Shown: positions 28,001 through 39,920 of the stretch, in pieces | Position numbering within the stretch: the stretch's first letter is position 1 | Layout: each line of letters begins with the position of its first letter | NCBI GenBank assembly: GCA_026770705.1 | Contig: JANJGN010000016.1 | Span: 87,110,001-87,174,000, forward strand | Source: Isurus oxyrinchus | Taxonomy: Eukaryota | Direction: 5' to 3' | Length of the DNA stretch: 64,000 bases | The notes under the pieces: generated by a model | What the model saw: the letters and a program-made list of their open reading frames with translations, nothing else | What the model was told of the DNA's origin: nothing | The model's database searches: none | Translations under genes and position numbers: made by a program

Positions 28001-31000
28001 AGGGGGTAGAGTGTCAGGTAAATGGGTGATCAAGTAGGGTGTCTGTCGATTGGGTGAGGGGGTAGAGTGGCAAGCAAGTGGGTGTGGGGGTATTGTGTCT
28101 GGTAAGTTGGTGAATGGGTAGATTGCCTTGATAAGTAGGCGAGGGGGTAGAGTGTCAGGTAAGTGAGTGAGGGGGTGGAGTGTCAGGCATGTGGGTGAGG
28201 GGATAAACTGTCAGGTTAGTGTTTGAGGGGGCATTGTGTCAGGTAAGTGGGTGAGGGGATAGGGTGGCAGGCAAATGGGTGAGTGGGTAGCATGTCAGGA
28301 AAGTGGGTGAGGGTGTAGCGTGGCTGTCAAGTGGTTGAGCGGGTAGGGTGGCAGGCAAGTGGGTGAGTGGGTAGTGTGTCAGGTAAGTGGGTGAGGGGGT
28401 AGTGTGTCAGGTAAGTGGGTGAGGGGGTAGTGTGTCAGGTAAGTGGGTGAGGGGGTAGTGTGTCAGGTAAGTGGGTGAGGGGGGGTACAGTGCCAGACAA
28501 GTGGGATAGGGATTAGACTGTCAGGTAAGTGAGTGAGGGGTAGGGTGGCAGGCAAGTGGTTGAGGGGTTAGAGGGTCAGGAAGTGGGTGAGGTGTAGGGT
28601 GTCAGGCAAATGGGTGAGGGAATACAGTGTCAGGTATTTAGGTGAGGGGGCAGAGTGTCATTTAGTTGGGTGAGAGGCTAGACTGTCAGGTAAGTTGATG
28701 AATGGGAGATTGTCTCGATAAGTAGGCGAGGGGGTAGGACGGCAGGTAAGTGGCTGAGAGGGCAGAGTGTCAGGTAAGTGAGTGAGGGGGTAGTGTGTCA
28801 GGTAAGTGAGTGAGGGGGTAGTGTGTCAGGTAAGTGAGTGAGGGGGTAGTGTGTCAGGTAAGTGAGTGAGGGGGTAAGGTGGCAGGCAAGTGGGTGAGGG
28901 GTTATTGTGGCAGGCAAGTGGGGTAAGTGTGTGAGGTGGTAGAGTGTCAGGTAAGTGGTTGAGTGAGTAGGATGGCAGGCTAGTGGTTGAGGGGGTTGTG
29001 GGTCAGGAAGTGTCTGAGGGTGTAGGGTGTCAGGCAAGTGGATGAGGGGATAGAGTGTCAGGTAATTCTGTGAGGGGGCAGAGTGTCAGGCAAGTGGGCG
29101 TGGGGGTATATTGTCAGGAACTAAGTTGAGGGGGTAGAGTGTCAGGCATTTGGTTGTGGAGTTAGGGTGCCAGTCGATTGGGTGAGGGGGTAGAGTGGCA
29201 GGCAAGTGTGTGTGGTAGATTCGCAGGCAAGTGAGGGAGTGGGTAGGGTGTCAGGCAATAGGGTGAGGGGGTATTGTGGCAGGTATGTGGGTGTGGGGGT
29301 AAGGTGTCAGGCAAGTGGGTGAGGTTGTAGAGTGGCAGGCAAGTGGTTGAGTGGGTAGGGTGTCAGGCAAAAAGTTGAGAGGGTACTGTTCCAAGCAAGT
29401 GGGTGAAGGGGTTGAGTGTAAAACAAGTGGGTGAGATGATAGAATGTCAGATAATTGGGTGAGGGGGTAGAGTGGCGGGTAAGTGGGTGAGGGGATAGAG
29501 TGGAAGGTAATTGGGTTAGGATATAGGGCGGCAGGTAAGTTGGTGAGGGGCTAGGGTGGCAGGTAAGTGGGTAACGGGGTTGAGTAGAAGGTAAGTGGCC
29601 CAGGGTGTTGAGTGGAAGGTAAGTGGTTGAGGGTGTAGGGTGTCAGGTAAGAGCTTGAGGGTGTAGAGTGTCAGGAAATTGGGTGCAGGGTTAGAATGGC
29701 AGGCAGTTGGATGAGGGGGTAGAGTGTCAGGTAAGTGGGTGAGGGGGCAGAGTGTCAGGTAAGTGGGTGAGTGGGTAAGATGGCAGGCAATTGGGTGAGG
29801 GGTTAGAATGGCAAGCAAGTGGGCATTGGGGGGAGGGTGGCAAGGAAGTGGGTGAGGTGGTGGAGTGTCATGTAAGTGCATGAGGGGGTTGGGTGTAAGG
29901 CAAGTGGGTGTGGTCATAGAGTGGCGGGTAAGTGGGTGAGGAAGTAGATTGTCAGGTAAGTGGTTAAGTGGGTAGGATGGCAGGCAAGTGGTTGATGGGA
30001 TAGTGTGTCAGGAATTTGGTGAGGGGGTAGGATGACATGAATGTGGGTGAGGATGTAGGGCAGCTGTCAAGTGGTTGAGCGGGTAGAGTGTCAGGCAAGT
30101 GGGTGAGGGGGTAATGTGTCAGGAATGTGGTGGAGGGGGTAAGGTGTCAGGTAAGTGAGTGAGGGGGGTACAGTGCCTGACAATTGGGATAGGGGTTAGA
30201 CTGTCAGGTAAGTTGTTGAGGAGGTAGGGTCATAGGCAATTGGGTGAGGGGGTTGGGTGGCAGGTAAGTGGGTGAGGGTGGTTTTGGTGGCAGGCAAGTG
30301 GATGAGGGCATGTGGGGTAGGGGGTAGTGTGTCAGCAAAGTGTGTGAGGTGTCAGAGTGTCAGGTAAGTGGTTGAGTGAGTAGGATGGCAGGCACGTGTT
30401 TGAGGGGTTGAAGGTCAGGAAGTGTCTGAGGGGGTAGGGTGTCAGGCAAGTGGGTGAGGGGAATAGAGTGTCAGGTAATTGTGTGAGGGGTCAGAGTGTC
30501 AGGTAAGTGGGCGAGGGGTTAGATTGTCAGGAACTAAGGTGAGGGGGTAGAGTGTCAGGCATTTGGTTGTGGAGTTTGGGTGTCAGTCGACTGGGTGAGG
30601 GGGTAGAGTGTCAGGCATTTGGTTGTGGAGTTAGGGTGTCAGTCGATTGGGTGAGGCGTTAGAGTGGCAGGCAAGTGTGTGTGTTGGTAGATTGGCAGGC
30701 AAGTGGGTGAGTGGGTAGGGTGTCAGGCAATAGGGTGAGGGGGTATTATGGCAGGCAAGTGGGTGAAGGGGTTGAGTGTAAAGCAAGTGGGCGAGGTGAT
30801 AGAGTGTCAGGTAATTGGGTGAGGGGGTAGATTGGCAGGTAATTGGGTGAGGGGGTAGATTGGCAGGTAATTAGGTGAGGGGGTAGAGTGGCAGGCAAGT
30901 GTGTGCGGTGGTAGATTGGCAGATAAGTTGGCGAGGGGGTAGCATGGCAGGTAAGTGGGTGAGGGGTTTTGGGTGGAAAGTAAGTGGGCGAGGGGGTTGA

Positions 31001-34000
31001 GTGGAAAGTAAGTGGGTGAGGGGGTTGAGTGGAAGGTAAGTGGGTGAGGTGTTTGAGTGGAAGGTAAGTGGGCGAGGGGGCCAAGGTGTCAGGTAACAGC
31101 ATGAGGGAGTAGAGTGTCAGGTAAGTGGGTGAGGTGTTTGAGTGGACAGTAAGTGGGTGAGGGGGTTGAGTGGAAGGTAAGTGGGTGAGGGGGTTGAGTG
31201 GAAGGTAAGTGGGTGAGGGGGTTGAGTGGAAGGTAAGTGGGCGAGGGGGTTGAGTGGAAGGTAAGTGGGCGAGGGGGTTGAGTGGAAGGTAAGTGGGCGA
31301 GGGGGTTGAGTGGAAGGTAAGTGGGCGAGGGGGTTGAGTGGAAGGTAAGTGGGCGAGGGGGTTGAGTGGAAGGTAAGTGGGTGAGGATGTAGGGTGGCAG
31401 ATAAGTTGGTGAGGGGGTAGCATGGCAGGTAAGTGGGTGAGGGTGTAGATTGGCAGGTAATTGGGTGAGGGTGTAGGGTGGCAGGTAATTGGGTGAGGGT
31501 GTAGGGTGGCAGGTAATTGGGTGAGGGTGTAGGGTGGCAGATATATTGGCGATGGGGTAGGATGGCAGGTAAGTGGGTGAGGGGTTTTGGGTGGAAGGTA
31601 AGTGGGTGAGGGGGTTGAGTGGAAGATAAGTGGGTGAGGGGGCAGGGTGGCAGGCAAGTGCGGAGGGCATAGAGTGTCAGGGTGAGGGTGTATGGCGCAG
31701 GCAAATGTGTGAGTAGTTAGGGTGCCATTTGATTGTGTGGGGGGATCGAGTGGCAGGCAAGTGGGTGTGGGGTTAGAGTGTTAAACAATCGGGTGGAAGG
31801 GTAGAGTGTCAGGCTCGGGTGTGAGTGGGTTGAGTGGCAAATATGTGGGTGAGTGGGCAGCCAAGTGTGCGAGCGAGTAGATTGTCAGGTGAAGGAGGTA
31901 GGGTGTCAGGTAGCTGGGTGAGGAGATAATGTGTCAGGCAATAGGGTGAGGGGGTAGGGTGGCAGGTAAGTGGGTGTGGGGTTTGAGTGCCTGGTAAATG
32001 GGTGAGGGGCTAGGGTGGCAGGTAATTTGGCCAGGGGGTAGGATGGCAGGTGAGTGGGTGAGTGGTGGAGTGGCAAATATGTGGGTGAGTGGGCAGGGTG
32101 TTAGACAAGTGTGCGAGCGGGTAGATAGTCAGGTGAAGAGGGTAGGATGTCAGGTAGGTTGGTGAGGGGGTGGAGTGACAGGGTGAGGGTGTAGGGCGGC
32201 AGGCAAATGGGTGAGGAGTTAGGGTGTCATTTGATTGGGTCAGGGGATAGACTGTCAGGCAAGTGGGTGAGGTGGTAGAGAGGCAGCCAAGTGGGTGAGG
32301 GGGTATGGTGTCAGGCAAAAGAATGGGGGGGTAGTGTGGCAGGCAAGTGGGTGAGGAGGTAGAGTGGTGGGTAAGTGGGTGAGGGGGTAGAGTGCCAGGT
32401 AAGTGGGTGAGGTAGTAGTGTGGGAGGTAAGTGGGGGAGGGGGTATGGTGGCAGGTATGTTGGCCAGGGGGTAGTGTGGCAGCTAAGTGGGTGAGGGGGC
32501 AGAATGTCACTTCAGTTGGTGAGGGGGTAGATGTCAAGTAAGTTTGTGAGAAAGTCGGGTGTCGGGTAAGTGAGCGAGAGGTTAGATTGTCAGGTAAGTG
32601 GGTGAGGGGGTAGGGTGGCAGGCAAGTGGGTGAGGGGGTAGGGTGTGAAGCATTTGGGTGAGGAGGCAGGGTGTCAGGCAAGTGGGTGAGGGGTTTAGGA
32701 TGTCAGGTAAGTGCGTGAGGGGGGTACAGTGCCAGACAAGTGGGATAGGGGTTAGACTGTCAGGCAAGTGAGTGAGGGGGTTTTGGTGGCAGGCGAGTGG
32801 GTGAGGGGTTATTGTGGCAGGCAAGTGGGGTAGGGAGTTATGTGCCAGGTAAGTGTGTGAGGTGGTAGACTGTCAGGTAAGTGGTTGAGTGAGTAGGATG
32901 GCAGGCAAGTGGTTGAGGGGGTAGTAGGTCAGGTAATTGTGTGAGGGGGCAGAGTGTCAGGCAAGTGGGCGAGGGGTTAGATTGTCAGGAACTAAGGTGA
33001 GGGGGTAGAGTATCAGGCATTTTTTGTGGAGTCAGGAAGTGGTTGAGGGATTAGGGTGTCAGGCAAGTGGGTGAGGGGATATAATGTCAGGTAATTGTGT
33101 GAGGAGGCAGAGGGTCAGGTAAATGGGTCAGGGTTAGCGTGGCAGGCAAGTGGGTGAGTGGGTGGGGTGGCAGGCAAGTTGGTGAGGGGGTGGGGTAGCA
33201 GGCAAGTGGGTGAGTGGGTAGTGTGTCAGGTAATTGGGTGAGTGGTAGGGTGTCAGGCAATTGGCGAGGGGGTTGATTGTCAGGAACTAAGTTGAGGGGG
33301 TACTGTGTCAGATCAGTGGGTGAGGGGGTATGGTGTCAGGCATTTGGTTCTTTAGTTAGGGTGTCAATCAATTGGGTGAGGGGGTAGAGTGGCAGGCAAG
33401 TGTGTGTGGTGGTAGAGTGGCAGGCAAGTGAGTGAGTGGGTAGAGTGTCAGGCAATAGGGGAAGGGGTTAGTGTGGCAGGTAAGTGGGTCTGGGGGTTGA
33501 GTGTCAGTCAGTTGGGTGAGGGGGTAGAGTGGCAGGCAAGTGGGTGAGTGGGTAGGGTGTCAGGCAATAGGGTGAGGGGGTATTGTGGCAGGCAAGTGGG
33601 TGAAGGGGTTGAGTGTAAAGCAAATGGGCGAGGTAATAGAGTGTCAGGTAAGTGGGTGAGGGGGTAGAGTGGCAAGTAATTGTCTGAGGGGGTAGGGTGG
33701 CAGGTAAGTGGGTGAGGGGTTTGAGAGGAAGGTAAGTGGGTGAGGGGATAGGGTGTCAAGCAACTGGGTGAGGGTGTAAAGTGTCAGGTAAGTGGGTGAG
33801 GGTGTAGCGTGTCAGTCAATTGGGTGAGGGGGTAGAGTGTCAAGCAAGTGGGTGAGGGGATAGAGTGGCTGGTATGTGGGTGAGGGGGTAGTGTGGCAGG
33901 TAAGTGGGTGTGGGGTTTGAGTGCCTGGTAAATGGGTGAGGGGCTAGGGTGGCAGGTAATTTGGCCAGGGGGTAGGATGGCAGGCGAGTGGGTAAGTGGT

Positions 34001-35014
34001 GGAGTGGCAAATATGTGGTTGAGTAGGCACGGTGTTAGACAATTGTGCGAGCGGGTAGATGCTCAAGTGAAGGAGGTAGGGTGTCAGGTAGCTGGGTGAG
34101 GGGATAATGTGTCAGTCAAGTGGGTGAGGGGGTAAGGTGTCAGGTAGGTTGGTGAGGGGGTAGAGTGTAAGGGTGAGGGGTAGGGCGGCAGACAAATGGG
34201 TGAGGAGTTAAGGTGTCATTTGATTGGGTCAGGGGATAGAATGTCAGGTAAGTGGGTGAGGGTGTAGAGTGTCAGGTAAGTGGGTGAGGGGGTAGAGTGT
34301 CAGGTAAGTGGGTAAGGGGATAGGGTGGTAGGTATGTGGGCGAGAGGATAGGGTGGCAGGTACGTGGGTGAGTGGATAGGGTGTCAGGCAGGTGGGCAAC
34401 AGGGGAGAGCATCAGGTAATTGGGCAAGTGGTTAGGGTGGCAGGTGGGCGGTGAGTGGATAGGGTGTCAGGCAGGTGGGCTGGGGGTAGAGCATCAGGTA
34501 ATTGGGCAAGTGGTTAGGGTGGCAGGTGGGCGGTGAGTGGATAGGGTGGGTCAGGACTGGGGTGTTGTTCTTGTATTTGGATGGTTCTTGGCTGCTCGGG
34601 GGGCTATTGGGGAGGTAGGGGGTAATCAGGAGGGGCATTCAGGGTGGTGTTCAGGTCGGGTGTCATTGGGGACAAGGGGTGTTCCTCGGGCCAGGTGAAT
34701 AGCGGAGGGGGTTGTCCCGGGTATTTTTGGGTGTTGGGGGTTTTAGTCGTCTAGTTACCCAGGAGTTAGAACTGGTTTTAATCCTCCCAACCTTTCCCGG
34801 GTAACATTTCCAATCAGTAAGTCGGAATGATCGGAAATCTCCGGGCTTTAAGTCAGAGTTTCAGAGGGATCCAGGCACAGGGTAATTTCCCATCGGAAGT
34901 TCAGACTTCCTGTATAATTCCCTTGTAATCAGTGTGTAGGGAATTCCGAGGGGTTCCCCAGTGCATCTTGGCCTGTGCCTCCGGGCTACCGGAGATCGGA
35001 ATTTCTGGGCCAAT

Positions 35015-36470
35015 GGATCAAATGACCAAAAGCTTGGCCAAAGATGTGGACTTTAAGGAGTGTCTTACAGGAGGAAAGTGAGGGAGAGAGGGGGAGAGGT
35101 GTAGGGAGGGAATTCCAGACATGGGGCCCAGGCAGCTGAAGGCAGGGCCACCAATGGTGGAGCGATTCTGATTAGGAATCCACCAGAGGCCAAGATTAGA
35201 GGAGTGCAGATATCTCGGAGGTTGTAGGGCTGGAGGAGATTCCAGAGATAGGGAGGGGTGAGGCATTGGAGGGAATTGAAAACAAGGATGGGAATTGGGA
35301 AATCAGGATGTTGCTTGACAAGGAAACAATGTCGGTCAGTGAGAACAGGGGTGACAGGGGAACGGGACTCTCTGTGAGTTAGGACACGGGCAGCAGAGTT
35401 TTGGATGACCCCACGATTGCGGAGGGTAGAATGTGGGAGAGCAGCCAGGAGTGTATTGGAATAGTCACATCCAGAGGTAACCAAGGCATGGGTGAGGGCT
35501 TCAGCAGCTGATGAGCTGAGACTGGGGTGAAGTTGAGCGATGTTATGGAGGTGGAAATAGGCGGTCTTAGTGATGTCACGAATATGAGGTTGGAAGCTCA
35601 TCTCAGGGTCAGATGTGACCCCAAGGTTGTGAACAGATGTGTTTAATCTCAGACTTTTACCGGGGAGAGGGATGGAGTCAGGAGTTAGAGAACAGAGTTT
35701 GGAGTGGGGACTGAAAACAATGGCTACAGTCTTCCCAATATTTAATTGGAGGAATTCCTGTTCACTCAGTACAGGATGTGGGATAAGCAGTCTGATAATT
35801 TAGCAACAGTGGAGGAGTTGAGAGAGGTGGTGGTGAGGTAGAGCTGGGGGTCTTCAGCGTACATGTGAAAACTAACGCTATGCTTTCAGATGATGTGTCC
35901 GAGGGGCAGCATGTAGGTGAGAAATAGGAGGGGCCAAGGATCTATCCTTGGGGGACACCAGAGGGAACGGAGCAGGGACAGTTTTAGCAGATGAGAGGAG
36001 GAGCCGGGAGTGTTTGGAGCGTCCAGCCAGATCTGGCGGTGATGGATAAACCGGTTTCAAGTCTGCCTCCCTTGGATTGAGTGAGTGGAGATGAGGGTGG
36101 TAGCAGGGGGAAGGGCCAGGGTGAGGGAGAGGAATGGTTTTATTGGGGACTAGGATATGAAAGGTGGAGGTGAGGGTGAGGTTGTGTAAATCAGTAGCTG
36201 CAGAAATGTTGTGGTGATCGGAGGGCCAGAGACCAGATCGTTGGGATTGTGAAAGTGCAGTTGGAAGTGAATTGGGGAATAGGTTTTTCCAGGGATGGAT
36301 ACAGAAGGGGGTAGGGTTGGGCTGTGGAAGGGGGATGTGGGTGGGGAGTGATACAAGGAAGTGATCAGAGATGGTCTTATCTGTGATTGAAACTATGGGA
36401 GTAGCGAGACCACGTGAGATGGGAAGGTCACGGGGAGGTCGTGAATATGGTTTGGGGAATTGTGGTTGTG
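35015..36470 (-). mobile_element. Decayed, internally deleted L2-clade LINE (ORF2 remnants)
   Basis: Minus strand shows APE-type ISDHFLV (~36350-36380), GVPQG*ILGP and YAEDPQLYL RT motifs (~35830-35960), and the C-terminal AYFHLHNIAQL...LVTSGCDYSN...QNSAARVL block (ORF 35065-35601). Confidence 0.85.
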
Positions 36471-36722
36471 ATGACTTTATCCCAGCAACTTCCAGTTTCT
36501 TTTCTGTTTTTAATCTTGTAAATTCAAGAGATTCAGAATAAAACTGATCATTTTAAAATGATTGATAATTGGCTTTGAATCAAATCTTCTGTTGATGTGT
36601 CATTGATTGACAGGCCAACCAGCCAATCAGGACAATCACTTGCTGAAATGCAGCCAATCAGCTGATGGGGAGGTGGGACATTTCCAAAGCACTCACCAGA
36701 CAGAGACTGAATATTCTTAATG

Positions 36723-36823
36723 TTTATTACCTTTTACACATTGACATTTACAGAAAAAAGACTTGAATAAACAGCCCAGCCAGAGGGAGCTGGAGAAATT
36801 CACAGGGAGAATGGAGGTTTATT
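36723..36823 (-). terminator. Candidate polyadenylation signals of the light-chain mRNA (AATAAA at 36818-36823 and 36723-36728)
   Basis: First canonical AATAAA hexamers I found downstream of the C stop codon on the minus strand (tttatt on +). Confidence 0.55.
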
Positions 36824-37020
36824 AAAACGCTTGTGGAGATTTTCTCCAGAACATGAGAATCCTGTCCCTTTAAACAGTGACTAAACCTTAAATTGTAACT
36901 GCAGGGTGAGCAGGAAGGGGTCTGGTTTACTGAAGCAGACACTTCGGAGGGTCACATTATTTTTGTACAGCTGACAGTCTTCAGCATCTTAGAGAGGTTT
37001 AACTTAGCATCACGAGATTA

Positions 37021-37370
37021 AACTGTCCCATCAAACACTCCCAGGACAGGTGCTGCAGGGGGCTAGATACAGAGTAAAGGTCCCTCTACACTGTCCCCAT
37101 CAAACACTCCCAGGGCAGGTACAGCACAGTGTTAGATACAGAGTAAAGCTCCCTCTACACTGTCCCCATCAAACACTCCCAGGGCAGGTACAGCACAGGG
37201 TTAGATACAGAGTAAAGCTCCCTCTACACTGTCCCCATCAAACACTCCCAGGGCAGGTACAACACGGGGTTAGATACAGAGAAAAGCTCCCTCTACACTG
37301 TCCCCATTAAACACTCCCAGGACAGGTACAGCACAGGGTTAGATACAGAGTAAAGATCCCTGTACACTCC
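37021..37370. repeat. 69-bp tandem repeat, ~5 copies, in the presumed 3' UTR
   Basis: GTTAGATACAGAGTAAAGCTCCCTCTACACTGTCCCCATCAAACACTCCCAGGGCAGGTACAGCACAGG recurs at 37131 and 37200. Confidence 0.92.
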
Positions 37371-37529
37371 ACCAATAACGTGCCTTAACCCCTGACCCTC
37401 AGAAGTGTCTCAGAGCCGGTCCTGAGAAGGAAGAGAGTTGTAATTTGGTGCTGACAATGACCTTTGCCCTCCCAGCTCACCCCTGTTCTATTTAAAGTTG
37501 TATCTCCTCTGTGGACTGTCTCTAACACT

Positions 37530-37858
37530 CTACGCACATTCTGATCTCCTGATGCTCTTCCTGAGGGGAGAGGAAAGACTCTCGTGGGTGACGACACAGG
37601 AGAAGCTGGCGTTGGACTCCCAGCCGGAGCCAGAGAGGGTCAGCAGGCTGCTGACGCTGTAGGTGCTGTCCGAAGCTCGCAGGTAGTTGCTGGTCTGAAC
37701 CCCGTCCGAAATGGCTGCACCGTCCTTCTTCCACTCCACCTTCACCTCATCGGGATAGAAGTGATTGGCAAGGCACACCAGGGTGGCAGTGCCCTTGGTC
37801 TTGACCTCCTCTGGGGAGGGGGGCAGCAGGGTCAGTGTGGGTGGTGACTTCTCTCTGC
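37530..37858 (-). CDS. IGKC: Ig light chain kappa (NS4-type) constant exon
   Basis: Acceptor CTTCTCTTCTCTTTCAG, phase 1. Translation (S)REKSPPTLTLLPPSPEEVKTKGTATLVCLANHFYPDEVKVEWKKDGAAISDGVQTSNYLRASDSTYSVSSLLTLSGSGWESNASFSCVVTHESLSSPLRKSIRRSECA*. C1-set Cys/Trp/Cys and penultimate inter-chain Cys present. Confidence 0.97.
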
Positions 37859-38039
37859 CTGAAAGAGAAGAGAAGGAAGTTTAATCACTGTCATTATAAT
37901 GAATTTCAACTTCCCGAATATTAACTGGGATCAAATCTGTGTAAATGTTTAGATGATGCAAAATTCTTATAATCCATCCAGGTGAATTCTTTTAGCCCGA
38001 ATGTAACAAACCCAACAGAGAAGGGGCAGTTTTAGACAA

Positions 38040-38305
38040 TTTCAGGGAATGAATCTGGCCAGGTGGAAGGTGTATCAGTGGGAGAGTATTTGGCTAATAG
38101 TGATCATAATTCAGTTAGATTTAGAGCCGTTATGGAAAAGGATAAAGATAGACCAAGTGTAAAAGTTATAAATTAGGGAAAGGCCAATTTATCTAAGCTG
38201 CGATTTGCCGAAATGGACAGGAAACAGCAACTTGAAGGTAAATCAGTGTCAAAGCAGTGGGAGGTTTTCATGGAGAATTGTGAAATATTGGATGGGATAA
38301 AAATA
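38040..38305 (+). mobile_element. CR1 LINE ORF2 fragment in the J-C intron
   Basis: GQVEGVSVGEYLANSDHNSVRF-type endonuclease end motif; similar to 53400-53610. Confidence 0.7.
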
Positions 38306-38384
38306 GTGCGGAATTCTCCCAGCTTTGCACAAAGTGCAATGGTGGGTGGGAGAAAGATCGTTTTACATCCCCTGTGCCCTTGCC

Positions 38385-38935
38385 ACTCTCAGTCTTTCCT
38401 CCAAGCAGTGTTCAACATGGAGGGGCACTGATTCATCAACTGAGGGAGGGGGTACGTGGTAATCAGGAGGAGGTTTCCTTCCCTGTGTTTGACCTGATGC
38501 CATGAGACTTCATGGGGTCCGGAGTGGATTTTGAGGATTTCCAGAGCAACTCCCCACTGACTGTATGCCACTGTGTTGCCACCTGTGCTGGGTCTGACCT
38601 GCTGGTGGGACAGGACATACCCGGGGATGGTGATGGTGGAGTCTGGGTCATTATCTGTAAGGTATGATTCTGTGAAGATGACTCTGTCAGGCTGTTGCTT
38701 GACGGGTCTGTGAGACAGTTCTCCCACGTTTGGCACTAGCCCCCAGATGTTAGTAAGAGGGACTTTGCAGGGTCAACGGGGCTGAGATTGCCGTTGTTGT
38801 TTCCGGTGCCTAGGTAGATGCCGGGTGGTCCGTCCAGTTTCATTCCTTTTTTGTGACTATGTAGAAGTTTCTTACAACTGAGTGGCAGCTGGGCCACTTC
38901 AGAGGGCAGTAAAGAGCCAACCACATTGCTGTGTT
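38385..38935 (-). mobile_element. CR1/L2-group LINE endonuclease fragment (inverted 5' part)
   Basis: ORF 38389-38736: QQPDRVIFTESYL...TIPGYVLSHQQVRPSTGG, an APE endonuclease N-terminus. Confidence 0.8.
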
Positions 38936-38944
38936 GCACACAGC

Positions 38945-39920
38945 AACACCTGGAAAATTGCCCAGGTATGTCCTGTACACAAAAAGCAGGACAAATCCAA
39001 CCTGGCCAATTACCGCCCCATCAGTCTACTCTCCATCATCAGTAAAGTGATGTAAGGGGTCATCAACTGTGCTAACAAGTGGCACTTGCTCAGCAATAAC
39101 CAGTTCACTAACGCCCAGTTTGGGTTCTGCCAGGGCCACTCAGCTCCTGACCTCATTACAGCCTCAATTCAGACATGGACAGTGGAGCTGAACTCCCGAG
39201 GTGAGGAGAGAGTGACTGTCATAGACATCAAGGCCGCATTTGACTGAGTGTGGTGTCAAGGACCCGAGCAAAACTGGAGTCAAAGGGAATCAGGGGAAAA
39301 CTCCCTGTGGGTTAGAGTCATACCTAGCAGAAAGGAAGATGCTTGTGGTTGTTGGAGGTCAGTCATCTCAGCTCCAGGACATCACTGCAGGAGTTCCTCA
39401 GGGTAGTGTCCTCAGCCCAACCATCTTCAGCTGTTTCATCAATGACCTTCCTTCCATCATAAGGGCAGAAGTCGGTGTGTTCGCTGAAGATTGCACAATG
39501 TTCAGCACCTCAGATACTGGAGCAGTCCCTGTACAAATGCAGCAAGACCTGGACAATATCCAGGCTTGGGCTGACAAGTGGCAAGTAACATACATGCCAC
39601 ACAAGTGCCAGGCAATGACCATCTCCAACAAGAGAGAACCCAACCATCGCCCCTTGATGTTCAATGGCATTACCATCACTGAATCCCCCACTATCAACAT
39701 CCTGGGGGTTACCATTGAGCAGAAACTGAAGTGGACTAGCCATATAAATACTGTGGCTACAAGAGCAGGTCAGAGGCTAGGAATCATGTGACAAGTAACT
39801 CACCTCCTAACTCTCCAAAGCCTGTCCACCATCTACAAAGCACAAGTCAGGAATGTGTTGGAGTACTCTCCACTTGCCTGGATGAGTGCATCTCCAACAA
39901 CACTGAAGAAGCTGGACACT
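38945..39920 (+). mobile_element. CR1/L2-group LINE reverse-transcriptase fragment
   Basis: WKIAQVCPVHKKQDKSNLANYRPISLLS; GVPQGSVLSPTIFSCFINDL; degenerate FAED (YADD) in ORF 39240-39791. Confidence 0.88.

Larger units (their letters stand above)
1..34550. repeat. G-rich 28-bp satellite (consensus ~GTCAGGTAAGTGGGTGAGGGGGTAGAGT), roughly 1200 diverged monomers, continues past left edge
   Basis: Period 28 readable directly (TGTCAGGT at 1783/1811/1839; near-perfect runs at ~7285-7510 and ~31150-31380). Extreme G skew on +. The Pro/His/Leu/Thr-rich minus-strand ORFs are its translations. Confidence 0.97.

Noticed and set aside
705-34638. Dozens of Pro/His/Leu/Thr-rich minus-strand ORFs (up to 303 aa)
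   Set aside because: Translations of the C-rich satellite strand; overlapping frames, mostly non-ATG starts, no domain.
36958-37000. TATTTTTGTACAGC resembling the J nonamer and spacer start (possible kappa-deleting element)
   Set aside because: No heptamer at 12 or 23 bp spacing.
37125-37131. CACAGTG in the 3' UTR repeat
   Set aside because: Single-copy variant of CACAGGG in the 69-bp unit; no nonamer.
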